Of a stretch of 64,000 nt of DNA, positions 9,546 through 17,643 are shown in pieces. The translations under genes and the position numbers were made by a program. The DNA comes from a virus. Its lineage: Duplodnaviria > Caudoviricetes. Each line of letters opens with the position of its first letter. Position 1 is the stretch's first letter. The notes under the pieces were generated by a model. That model was not told where the DNA came from. It did no database searches and worked only from the letters and a program-made list of their open reading frames with translations. The stretch lies in the IMG/VR virus record IMGVR_UViG_3300042691_038938; one strand, written 5' to 3'.

Positions 9546-10667
9546 TTAGTTATTTATTCGCGGAGAAGGCGGATTCTCATCAGCATCCTCTTCTTCCTGT
9601 TTAGTCTCTAGCTCTTCTCCCTCTTCTGGTTCTTCTACTGGAGTCGTCTTATTTAGATCAGGCTCAAATAGAGAATCAAAGTTGATGGTTGACTTGATTG
9701 CCACCTGAGACGAACGATTTGAATAAGTGTCGATCTGCACGGCGTCTCCTTTGAATTCCAATGATAAGGAAGGTAGAATAGTCTTGAATATCTGCTCATT
9801 CACGTTCTCAATCGGATCGTACACGATGATCTTAGAGATCGGTGGCTCACTCTTTTCGTCAATGATAAAGTTGTTAGTGAGTCCGCCAGACACAGCCACA
9901 CTGAAGCCCTCCCAGCTGTTTATCTCAGCTCCATCCAAGGTTGTCACCATTCCAGTAGAAAGCTTAAGAGTCACTCTAGGATTACCTGAATCTATACCGC
10001 TAGTCGAGACCTCACGTAAGACAGTTCGATTTGTGGTGAACCTCACGCTGAATCTAGTTCCACTAAAGTATCGATCATTTAATTCCTTTCTTTGGGCTGC
10101 AGTCAGGTAAGTTGTTCTTGCGGATTCTCCTATAGGTTTAGGTAATCCTTTTTGTCCAGGATTTAGTTGGTCTTGGCCCTTGTCTAATTGAGGCTGACCT
10201 TGATCCAATTGACCTTGACCGGCATCCAATCCTTCTTGTCCTTTACCCAATCCTTTTTGAGGTTCAGGCAAACCTGGTACTTCAGGATTCTTAGGTTCTT
10301 CGGGTTCTTCGGTTTTTTCAGGTTCAGTCTCCGGAGGCAAAGGTTCTCCTGCAATCACTGCTTCGAAAGCCGCAGCATAATCAGGATTGATCCTTTTCTT
10401 GATCTCCTCGTTTGCCAAGTCAATCTTTCTCTTTAGGAGATTTACCTCGCTTAGGATAACATAGGTCAGGGTAGCATAGCCTTCTTGAAATTTCATGTCA
10501 GGAAAGGCGTCCACTTGATGTAGCCTAGCCGAAACATCCTTCTGGTCAAAGACGGTTTCTCCGTCAACTATTGCCCACAAAAGGTCATAGCTTAGGATTG
10601 CCTGGAAGATGAATCCTCCGTCCCTAAGTCTGATTTCGTCTGATTCTGCCTCAAATATGCTATCCAT
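9546..10667 (-). CDS. hypothetical protein with P/E-rich linker and Q-x-x-L-x-x-G heptad repeats
   Basis: 373-aa ORF in a late minus-strand run. Confidence 0.75.
   Translation of the reverse strand: MDSIFEAESDEIRLRDGGFIFQAILSYDLLWAIVDGETVFDQKDVSARLHQVDAFPDMKFQEGYATLTYVILSEVNLLKRKIDLANEEIKKRINPDYAAAFEAVIAGEPLPPETEPEKTEEPEEPKNPEVPGLPEPQKGLGKGQEGLDAGQGQLDQGQPQLDKGQDQLNPGQKGLPKPIGESARTTYLTAAQRKELNDRYFSGTRFSVRFTTNRTVLREVSTSGIDSGNPRVTLKLSTGMVTTLDGAEINSWEGFSVAVSGGLTNNFIIDEKSEPPISKIIVYDPIENVNEQIFKTILPSLSLEFKGDAVQIDTYSNRSSQVAIKSTINFDSLFEPDLNKTTPVEEPEEGEELETKQEEEDADENPPSPRINN
9551..9558 (-). promoter_or_regulatory. late promoter-like AATAAATA
   Basis: Variant of the T4 TATAAATA late box, ~20 nt upstream of the tail tube start. 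Confidence 0.6.
10141..10260 (-). repeat. six tandem 7-aa repeats (QKGLGKG QEGLDAG QGQLDQG QPQLDKG QDQLNPG QKGLPKP)
   Basis: Read directly from the translation. Confidence 0.75.
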
Positions 10668-10918
10668 TACTTGCGATCTCTGACTCGTTTATAGTTTTTC
10701 CAAAGCTCATTATAGATATTACATGAGGCGCCTAAGAAGTTGATGATTCCAACAAACTTCTTTTTTTCTTCGCCCTCCATGTTAGCGACCTTTACTCCAA
10801 TCTTCTTGGCGTCATTAACTGTGAGTTCCTCGTCCTCGTCCTTACCTACTAACTTCTTTAGATCGCCCTTCTTTTCTAATAGAGCATATCTTTGAAAGCT
10901 TGTGATTGCTCTCTTCAT
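10667..10918 (-). CDS. small basic protein with capsid-targeting-like leader
   Basis: MKRAITSFQRYALLE N-terminus. Confidence 0.65.
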   Translation of the reverse strand: MKRAITSFQRYALLEKKGDLKKLVGKDEDEELTVNDAKKIGVKVANMEGEEKKKFVGIINFLGASCNIYNELWKNYKRVRDRK

Positions 10919-10927
10919 CGGTTTAGA

Positions 10928-11167
10928 TTATTTACGTTTTCCTCCGCCTACGATGTTCTTGTTCTTAGCCGTAGTCATGTACTGCTTAGTGTACTTATCG
11001 ATGTGTGGAGTTCCTTTACCTTTAACTGGTCCTTCAATCAATCCTTGGTTGATCTTCATAGATCCATTCTTATCGTTTGCAGAAACGTTTGCTTTTCCAC
11101 GGTACCCGCTTTCAGCCTTTTTGAATGCTGCCATAAACTGGTTGTAGTTCATAACTGGATTTGCCAT
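10928..11167 (-). CDS. small basic protein
   Basis: MANPVMNYNQFM leader; late box at 11187-11194. Confidence 0.65.
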   Translation of the reverse strand: MANPVMNYNQFMAAFKKAESGYRGKANVSANDKNGSMKINQGLIEGPVKGKGTPHIDKYTKQYMTTAKNKNIVGGGKRK

Positions 11168-11186
11168 TGTTACTTAATTTTTTTAT

Positions 11187-11194
11187 TATTTATC
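11187..11194 (-). promoter_or_regulatory. late promoter-like GATAAATA
   Basis: GATAAATAATAAAA, 20 nt upstream of ATG 11167. Confidence 0.65.
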
Positions 11195-11255
11195 TTACTT
11201 TAAAAGAAAAAACCGAAAATGTCTTGACATAATCTAATCAGATATTCTAAAAATA

Positions 11256-11284
11256 AAAAACCCCACTTTATCAGCGGGGTTTTT
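11256..11284. terminator. intrinsic terminator hairpin
   Basis: AAAAACCCC...GGGGTTTTT inverted repeat downstream of 11302..11694(-). Confidence 0.7.
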
Positions 11285-11301
11285 ATACTTTATTTAAAAA
11301 T

Positions 11302-11694
11302 TTATCCCTTAGGAAAAAATTGCTTTTTTAATTTAACTGCATACGCAACAGCGTCTGTCGCGGCCTTTTTAACTTCTGCATCTGTTCCATTTGGCCATCC
11401 AAATTCCTTCTTGTTTTTATTGCCATCTGAGTAAACAACATATTTCCAAGGATCAGTTAACTTTGAGTTAAGAAAAAGATTGACTCCTGTATTATGATCA
11501 GGATAACAAAAGTATCCCTTACCATATGATGAAAATCCAGACACATTTGGTTCATCAATGTATTTGAATCCAGCTGCAGCCATTCCTGGTTTTACAATTT
11601 GACCAAAGTGATCAAAATCCTTAACTCGCTCCATTTCAGCTTCTTCAGATTCATGAAGCTTACGCCAATTACTAAAATTTAAAACATTTCCCAT
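11302..11694 (-). CDS. putative internal head protein (capsid-targeting-like leader)
   Basis: MGNVLNFSNWRKLHESE leader; own late box at 11715-11722. Confidence 0.65.
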   Translation of the reverse strand: MGNVLNFSNWRKLHESEEAEMERVKDFDHFGQIVKPGMAAAGFKYIDEPNVSGFSSYGKGYFCYPDHNTGVNLFLNSKLTDPWKYVVYSDGNKNKKEFGWPNGTDAEVKKAATDAVAYAVKLKKQFFPKG

Positions 11695-11714
11695 ATTTTA
11701 AAAATATTTTTTAT

Positions 11715-11722
11715 TATTTATC
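11715..11722 (-). promoter_or_regulatory. late promoter-like GATAAATA
   Basis: Recurrent motif upstream of minus-strand late genes. Confidence 0.65.
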
Positions 11723-11743
11723 TTTTTAAAGGAGAGATTTTTA

Positions 11744-11795
11744 TAGTATAATAGACTTAACTACATAAATTAAACGCCATGAAAAAGTTAGTAAT
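11744..11795 (+). repeat. conserved upstream element copy 1 (TAGTATAATAGACTTAACTACATAAATTAAACGCCATGAAAAAGTTAG)
   Basis: Nearly identical to 13023-13074; contains a TATAAT box, leader and first codons. Confidence 0.85.
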
Positions 11796-12231
11796 TCTTT
11801 TAGTTCTATTGGTTTTAGCCGCTAAAGCCTTCTCTCAAACGATCACAATCGATGTTAAAGAAGCACAGTCTTACATTGATATAGGTCAGACCGACTTCCA
11901 AAGCGTTCTTGATGAACCTGATTGGGAAGACTTTCCTAGAACAACTAACTGTCGATATGTGATCGATTTACAGGACAGCACTTCAACCTTTTACCGAGAT
12001 GGAAAATTCGTAAGTGAGGTAAAGATTGACTATACTGAAGTATCTCCAGGTAAATACGTGATGACTACATACGACACTGCTGTTGAGTCTCACCGCTCAT
12101 CAATATCAGCACAAATGGTATTGGATACTAACGAGAAAACCGAAGAGTTTTTGTACAGCTACTATGACTTTATGGACGATAAGACGTATGTCGACATCCT
12201 AACTAAGTTCACGATAGTTCGACCTGTATAA
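11779..12231 (+). CDS. secreted protein (signal peptide, Gln at +1)
   Basis: MKKLVILLVLLVLAAKAFS|QT; likely beta-rich mature part. Confidence 0.75.
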   Translation: MKKLVILLVLLVLAAKAFSQTITIDVKEAQSYIDIGQTDFQSVLDEPDWEDFPRTTNCRYVIDLQDSTSTFYRDGKFVSEVKIDYTEVSPGKYVMTTYDTAVESHRSSISAQMVLDTNEKTEEFLYSYYDFMDDKTYVDILTKFTIVRPV

Positions 12232-12247
12232 TATCTCTAAAGACAAG

Positions 12248-12273
12248 AAAAGCTCCTCAATTGAGGAGCTTTT
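12248..12273. terminator. bidirectional terminator, perfect palindrome
   Basis: AAAAGCTCCTCAATTGAGGAGCTTTT between convergent genes. Confidence 0.85.
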
Positions 12274-12294
12274 TTAGTTTTATAAGGAAAGTAA

Positions 12295-12975
12295 TTAAGG
12301 CTTTTGAGTAGGAGTTGCCTTAGCTCTTTCCGTAGCAAGAAAATTACTTAGGAGAGAATGATCCTTTGAATACTTAACGTTGCCGTCTCCTCTAGGAACT
12401 CCGAAAGCTGCCGCAGCGTTACCGCCAGCCTCTCCAAGTTCTTTTTGTGAGATGATCGTCGCGATCCCTGCTGCAATCTGAGCCGCGTCACCATCGTTTG
12501 AAGGTTCTGCTCCAGATTGCACATCTAATTCATAATTTTTATCAGGTCCAATAGACATGATTTGTGACCATGAGCCATGACCTTTTAACACAACATCTCC
12601 GGCTAAATACTGAACACCATTCTTATAAACCAACGCTCTTAATACTCCGTTTTCTGCAGAGAATATCGCTTTTATGGTATTCACCTTTTTAGATTTATCA
12701 GCAGGGTCGAGTGAAGTCTTAAAGCTAATCACCTTGTAAGGTTGTCCAGTCTGTAGACCCATTTGTGTTGTGGTACCGGTAGTGGTTCCTACCATAGTCG
12801 TTAGTGTTTCAGCCTTTCCAGAATTTGTTCCAATTCGATTGAACGCTTTTGCGCTTTGTTCAGCTACAAATTGAATCTTATCAAGAGCTGCAAGATCAGC
12901 TGGAGTCGAACCTGTACCGGTCTCATCAGACTCGTATACTCTATACCAATTTCTAAAATTTAAAACGTGTGACAT
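12295..12975 (-). CDS. putative internal head protein (capsid-targeting-like leader)
   Basis: MSHVLNFRNWYRVYESD leader; late box at 12994-13001. Confidence 0.65.
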   Translation of the reverse strand: MSHVLNFRNWYRVYESDETGTGSTPADLAALDKIQFVAEQSAKAFNRIGTNSGKAETLTTMVGTTTGTTTQMGLQTGQPYKVISFKTSLDPADKSKKVNTIKAIFSAENGVLRALVYKNGVQYLAGDVVLKGHGSWSQIMSIGPDKNYELDVQSGAEPSNDGDAAQIAAGIATIISQKELGEAGGNAAAAFGVPRGDGNVKYSKDHSLLSNFLATERAKATPTQKP

Positions 12976-12993
12976 ACTAAAAATCTTTTTTGT

Positions 12994-13001
12994 TATTTAT
13001 C
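12994..13001 (-). promoter_or_regulatory. late promoter-like GATAAATA
   Basis: Recurrent motif. Confidence 0.65.
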
Positions 13002-13022
13002 TTTAAAAGTTAGCAACTTTTT

Positions 13023-13074
13023 TAGTATAATAGACTTAACCACATAAATTAAACACCATGAAAAAGTTAGCAAT
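13023..13074 (+). repeat. conserved upstream element copy 2 (TAGTATAATAGACTTAACCACATAAATTAAACACCATGAAAAAGTTAG)
   Basis: Two mismatches in 48 nt versus copy 1. Confidence 0.85.
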
Positions 13075-13597
13075 CATCTTGATCTTATTAGTAGTAGCAT
13101 TCGAGTCTTTCTCTCAAGTTCAATATGTAGAATCTTCAAAGTTAGATTCCCTAGTTTGGCATCGAATCAACTCTTACCTAGTCTCACTGGGCAAGACTCC
13201 AATCAAACACTTTGAGGACAGTCTCTCTCGAGAATACAGTTATGAAGTCACTAGAGTAAATGCTGACGCTGAGATGATCGCCCACAGCAAGAACGTAGGA
13301 TTGGTGACCACTGCTGAGTGCATCTATCAAGAGACTCACCGAGGCATGAATAGCGAGTTACAAGTGATGATTGATAAAAAAGAATATGATAAGATAGCAA
13401 AGCTTATCGTTGACTCTTGGATCGCTTCTGAGACCCATCGAAACCTGATCTCAATAAACAATTATGCTGCGACTACTGTGACTACTGTCCTGAAATACGA
13501 TAAGACCGGAAAGATCGCATCAGTCACCGCATCATGGCACGCAATCGACGATCCTAAGATCTGGACCACACGCAGCGGATATGTTTTTCGACCATAA
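13058..13597 (+). CDS. secreted CAP/SCP-domain-like protein
   Basis: Signal peptide ...AFESFS|QV; INSYLVSLGKTP, HSK, ECI and SWIASETHRNLI resemble CAP motifs (W..S.gH..N). Confidence 0.6.
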   Translation: MKKLAIILILLVVAFESFSQVQYVESSKLDSLVWHRINSYLVSLGKTPIKHFEDSLSREYSYEVTRVNADAEMIAHSKNVGLVTTAECIYQETHRGMNSELQVMIDKKEYDKIAKLIVDSWIASETHRNLISINNYAATTVTTVLKYDKTGKIASVTASWHAIDDPKIWTTRSGYVFRP

Positions 13598-13599
13598 CA

Positions 13600-13627
13600 A
13601 AAAAGGAGAGCAATTGCTCTCCTTTTT
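13600..13627. terminator. bidirectional terminator, perfect palindrome
   Basis: AAAAAGGAGAGCAATTGCTCTCCTTTTT between convergent genes. Confidence 0.85.
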
Positions 13628-13646
13628 CTATTTTAATAAGTAAGTA

Positions 13647-14978
13647 TTATTTCTTACCTACTGGCCTCTTTGCGCTAAAGTAATAAACTAGACATTCCAT
13701 TGCTTCTTTACCTCCTCTAGTAGAACCTGCAGTAGCAGTACTTCCAACTTTAGTTCCAACCTTTTCGATCTTAGGTTTTTGCTCGTTTGTTGCCAAGTTC
13801 AAGTCAACGAATCGACCGTTATTGTTAGGTCCTCCGGTAGATGCGATCTTCCACGTGATGGTGTAATCTTGGAAACCTGCATGACCTTGACCTGCCAATT
13901 GAGTGTTTAGCTCAGTCATGAAAGAGACTCCTCTGTCGTATGCTAATTTCTTGTTTTTAGCAGAGTCAGTTGTTCCTACTCCAGGATCAGTTGTTCCAGT
14001 AGTTACATCGTAACTCTTTTCCCAACCCGTAACGTTTTTGATCGCGCCGTATTCTGGGCTTGCTGAAGATATCAAATTAAATCCTGTAACAGTCTGGCCT
14101 TTAAACTTCTCAAGAATAGTCTTAGCAAGTTCTGCTACTTGCGTCTTACCTGCAGCAGTTAGGATAGATGATCCTACTTCAAATCCTACGTCTGCTTGAG
14201 TCTTATCTGCACTCACTCCTGCTGTAACTTTAGTCACATCAGTCTCAGTTCTAGTTGTAGTTGATCCTGAAGTGAGCTGAGGAATAAAGAAGATCACAGG
14301 ATCATCGACTCCTCCTGCTCCTGGAGTCAAGCTAATATCGAAAAATCCATCTGTGAAGTTATCTTCCTTCCCATTATACTGACCTGTGCTTGATCCAAAT
14401 GCCTTTGATTTTATGTTATATGAATTCATCGCTCTGATTGCATGTTCATATGACATGAATGCGTCATCGCCAACATTTCTTGCACTAATTACGCTGCCGC
14501 CAAAATACCAATCGCCTTTAGATGCGACATAACCTTCGTCTGGAGTAAATTTTACAGTATATCCAGCATCAGTGAATGATATTGAATTTGGGTCAAGCAT
14601 TTCAAATTCTTTTTCAGTAAACTGACCGGTAGCCGCTGTTAATAGCGTGGTTAGCAGAGTTGCTCCTACTTTTTCTATACTGCCGGCTTCAAGATTACCT
14701 CCATATTCTGTTACTGTTGATCCGCCGAGCAAACCAGAATGGCCTCCATTTTGATTAGAGATGCTCTTTAGTGAATTTGCAATTTTAACAATATTTTGAT
14801 TCTTATCATTAGCTGCAATAAATCCTCTTGCAAAGCCCCCATCAAAGATGATGTCCCTTAGATCAAGTTTATTAGCAATAGTAAGCTCTTGCTTAGGTAG
14901 CATCGGGTCGTTCTTTCCCTCAAAGATGGCAGCTTCATGTACAGCTCTCCACTTCTTGTAATTTAAAATGTATCCCAT
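13647..14978 (-). CDS. putative internal virion protein with C-terminal OmpA-like domain
   Basis: MGYILNYKKWRAVHEAA leader; C-terminal VGFEVGSSILT...NKKLAYDRG...RFVDL resembles OmpA_C. Confidence 0.6.
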   Translation of the reverse strand: MGYILNYKKWRAVHEAAIFEGKNDPMLPKQELTIANKLDLRDIIFDGGFARGFIAANDKNQNIVKIANSLKSISNQNGGHSGLLGGSTVTEYGGNLEAGSIEKVGATLLTTLLTAATGQFTEKEFEMLDPNSISFTDAGYTVKFTPDEGYVASKGDWYFGGSVISARNVGDDAFMSYEHAIRAMNSYNIKSKAFGSSTGQYNGKEDNFTDGFFDISLTPGAGGVDDPVIFFIPQLTSGSTTTRTETDVTKVTAGVSADKTQADVGFEVGSSILTAAGKTQVAELAKTILEKFKGQTVTGFNLISSASPEYGAIKNVTGWEKSYDVTTGTTDPGVGTTDSAKNKKLAYDRGVSFMTELNTQLAGQGHAGFQDYTITWKIASTGGPNNNGRFVDLNLATNEQKPKIEKVGTKVGSTATAGSTRGGKEAMECLVYYFSAKRPVGKK

Positions 14979-14997
14979 TTTTTAGTTAGTTTTTAGT

Positions 14998-15005
14998 TAT
15001 TTATT
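14998..15005 (-). promoter_or_regulatory. late promoter-like AATAAATA
   Basis: Recurrent motif upstream of ATG 14978. Confidence 0.6.
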
Positions 15006-15042
15006 CTTTAAAGCGGTCAAATTTTTTAGTATTTTATCTAAT

Positions 15043-15837
15043 ATGCCAGAATTAGCAGAGATAAAGATAATGGCGGACTACATCAATAAAGTCTGTCAGG
15101 AGAAGGATTTTACGAGCATCTCTTTCTCGGAGAGCGCACAGAGTAGAAAGTTAGGAATCACTCAACCCACTGACCTACAGATATTTAGGATTTCAGCTGA
15201 GTCTAGGGGCAAGGAGCTCATGCTCAGTCTCATTCAAGGAGGCGAAGTCTTTATGAAGATCTCCTTCTCAATGGGAATGTCGGGTCACTGGAGAGAGGTT
15301 CCTCCAGGATTTGAGCCTCCTAAGCACACGCATCTCCTATTTAATTACATAGGATTCGGATCCTTGTGCCTAGTTGACGTACGTCGATTCGCCAGATGGA
15401 AAGTAGTTGAAGACTGGTCCCAAAACCGTGGGCCCTGTCCAGTACACGATTTTACTGAGTTCAAGCACAACATCCTAGGAAACTTAGAGAAGCGAGAGTT
15501 TAATAAACCAATCCATCTTGTGCTCATGAATCAAAAGTATTTTAATGGAATAGGAAACTATCTCCGAGCCGAGATCCTCTTTCACGCCGATCAGGACCCT
15601 TTCATGGACGCTCGTACCGCTCTCTCAACAAATCCCGCAATCATTGAGCTTTGCGAAAGGCTTCCTAAAGAAGCATACGTTCTTGGAGGAGGTCAGCTAA
15701 AGGACTGGGAAAACCCATTTGAGGCCCCAGCTGGAGGATTTAATGAGTGGATGCAATGCTACGGTCGATCCAACCATATTGTGGACAAGAACGGTCGAAC
15801 CTTATGGTATCATGATTCCCAAGTCAAAACCAGTTAG
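15043..15837 (+). CDS. Fpg/Nei-family DNA glycosylase, NEIL1-like
   Basis: N-terminal PE catalytic motif, RGKEL, GMSG, H2TH motif QKYFNGIGNYLRAEIL, no zinc-finger cysteines, C-terminal DKNGRTLWY. Confidence 0.9.
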   Translation: MPELAEIKIMADYINKVCQEKDFTSISFSESAQSRKLGITQPTDLQIFRISAESRGKELMLSLIQGGEVFMKISFSMGMSGHWREVPPGFEPPKHTHLLFNYIGFGSLCLVDVRRFARWKVVEDWSQNRGPCPVHDFTEFKHNILGNLEKREFNKPIHLVLMNQKYFNGIGNYLRAEILFHADQDPFMDARTALSTNPAIIELCERLPKEAYVLGGGQLKDWENPFEAPAGGFNEWMQCYGRSNHIVDKNGRTLWYHDSQVKTS

Positions 15838-15874
15838 GATTCTAGAGTTCTATACTATGTCTTAAACTTTTACC

Positions 15875-16048
15875 ATGATTAAACGATTGATTAGGAAGAG
15901 ATTGACTCGAAGAGAAAAGATCATCACACAAGTATGTTGTATTCAGATCTTAGATGCAATGAAAAAGAGGGAAGCTGAGCTTAGTGATATCGAAAGAGAA
16001 GTCCTTCCTGAGATAGAGATGATAATCAAAAAACTCGAAGTAAAATAA
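15875..16048 (+). CDS. small hypothetical protein (57 aa, not in ORF track)
   Basis: MIKRLIRKRLTRREK...LEVK; its TAA overlaps the helicase ATG (TAATG). Confidence 0.6.
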   Translation: MIKRLIRKRLTRREKIITQVCCIQILDAMKKREAELSDIEREVLPEIEMIIKKLEVK

Positions 16049-17643
16049 TGAGTGAAATCACACTGGGCTTTGAGCCTCGCCCACAACAGGTTCAGATCCT
16101 GGACTTTGTGAAAGAATCCATCAAGGATAAGAAAAAATTCATCATGATTGACGCTCCCACTGGAGTAGGCAAGTCATATGCGGCCATCATGATCGCGGAC
16201 TGGTACCGAAAGGAAATCACCAAAAAGGCCAAGGTAGACATAGTCACAAATACTAAGATCTTACAGGATCAGTATATTAAAGACTTTGAGTTTGCTGCAA
16301 ACCTAAAGGGTAAGAACAATTATTGGTGTCGTCGTCAGGGTATGGGCTGCGGAGATGCACAGATCATAAATAAAGCAAACGAGAACAAGTGCGAGCCCTG
16401 TCCACACAGGATGGCCCAGTCCAAGTTTCTACGCAGCCCCTTGAGTCTCACTAACTTTCACCTCATCACTACCTACTCGATGTACTCGCCTGAGATGATG
16501 ATCCAACGCAAGTCTAGGTTACTCATAATCGACGAGGCACACGCCTTTGAGGAGACCTATTGTGACTTCATCTCTTCAGTCTATTCTGAACGTAGCATCA
16601 GGTTACTAGACGTCTGGAGAGACTGGATGGAAAAGGACTTAGATGGAATCACCTCTCTCAACGAGCTTTCAGAGTGGACTAGAACAGTCCTGGTTCCATT
16701 ACTCGCACAGAAGGCTGAAGAGTTACTAAGCGAGGCTAAGGAAACTCGAATAAAGAAGAAAAAGATAGACTTGATCAAGAAAGCCGACCATGTCGACAAG
16801 TCGATGTGTAAGTATAACAGGTTCGTCAATGATAAGGAAAACTACAAGACTAACTGGACTTTTGAAAAGGACTTAGATCAGCATGGCAAGACTAGAATCT
16901 TAGTCGAACCTATCTGGGGAAACATCTACCTAAAGGACATGTTTTGGAACCAGTACGATCATGTGATATTCATGTCAGGTACGCTACTTGATAGGGAACT
17001 TATCTCATTCATCATGGGAGTCAATGAAGAAGAATCATCTTACATGGCTCTTCCATGTCCGTTCAAGGCTGAGAAGAGACCTGTGATCTACTTAAAATTC
17101 GGCAAGATGTCCTATTACCATAAGAAAGAGACCTTTGCTAGAGCAGTGCCGGTGATCTCTAGGATACTTGAGAAAAACCATGAGGTAAAGGGAATCATCC
17201 ACACTGCAAACTACGAGTTTAGTAACTGGATCAAGGCCTCAATCAAGGACAAACGACTCATATTTCACGACTCGGCCACTAGAGAGAAGTCATTAGAGAA
17301 TCACCTTACTTCCAAGTTAGAGACTGTCCTAGTCTCTCCGTCAATGATAAATGGAGTCGACTTGAAGGATGAACTCTCCCGTTTTCAGGTGATCCTAAAG
17401 GTTCCCTTTCCTAACCTAGTGAGCACCAAGATCAAGAAGAGGCTTGAATCCAAGCCAGAATGGTACAATTGGAAGACTCTAGTCGACCTCTTACAGGCAT
17501 ATGGTAGATCAATTAGAAACGACGAGGACTGGGCAGAAACGTTCATCTTAGACGAATGCTTCGATCAGGTGTTAAATAATAAAACGGTGCCCAAATATTT
17601 TTTAGAGGCACTAAAAATTAAAAAGCTAGGAAACAAGGCATGA
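16048..17643 (+). CDS. DinG/Rad3-family SF2 helicase
   Basis: Q motif PRPQQ, DAPTGVGKS, Cys cluster, DEAH, SGT, SPSMINGVDL, QAYGRSIR. Confidence 0.9.
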   Translation: MSEITLGFEPRPQQVQILDFVKESIKDKKKFIMIDAPTGVGKSYAAIMIADWYRKEITKKAKVDIVTNTKILQDQYIKDFEFAANLKGKNNYWCRRQGMGCGDAQIINKANENKCEPCPHRMAQSKFLRSPLSLTNFHLITTYSMYSPEMMIQRKSRLLIIDEAHAFEETYCDFISSVYSERSIRLLDVWRDWMEKDLDGITSLNELSEWTRTVLVPLLAQKAEELLSEAKETRIKKKKIDLIKKADHVDKSMCKYNRFVNDKENYKTNWTFEKDLDQHGKTRILVEPIWGNIYLKDMFWNQYDHVIFMSGTLLDRELISFIMGVNEEESSYMALPCPFKAEKRPVIYLKFGKMSYYHKKETFARAVPVISRILEKNHEVKGIIHTANYEFSNWIKASIKDKRLIFHDSATREKSLENHLTSKLETVLVSPSMINGVDLKDELSRFQVILKVPFPNLVSTKIKKRLESKPEWYNWKTLVDLLQAYGRSIRNDEDWAETFILDECFDQVLNNKTVPKYFLEALKIKKLGNKA

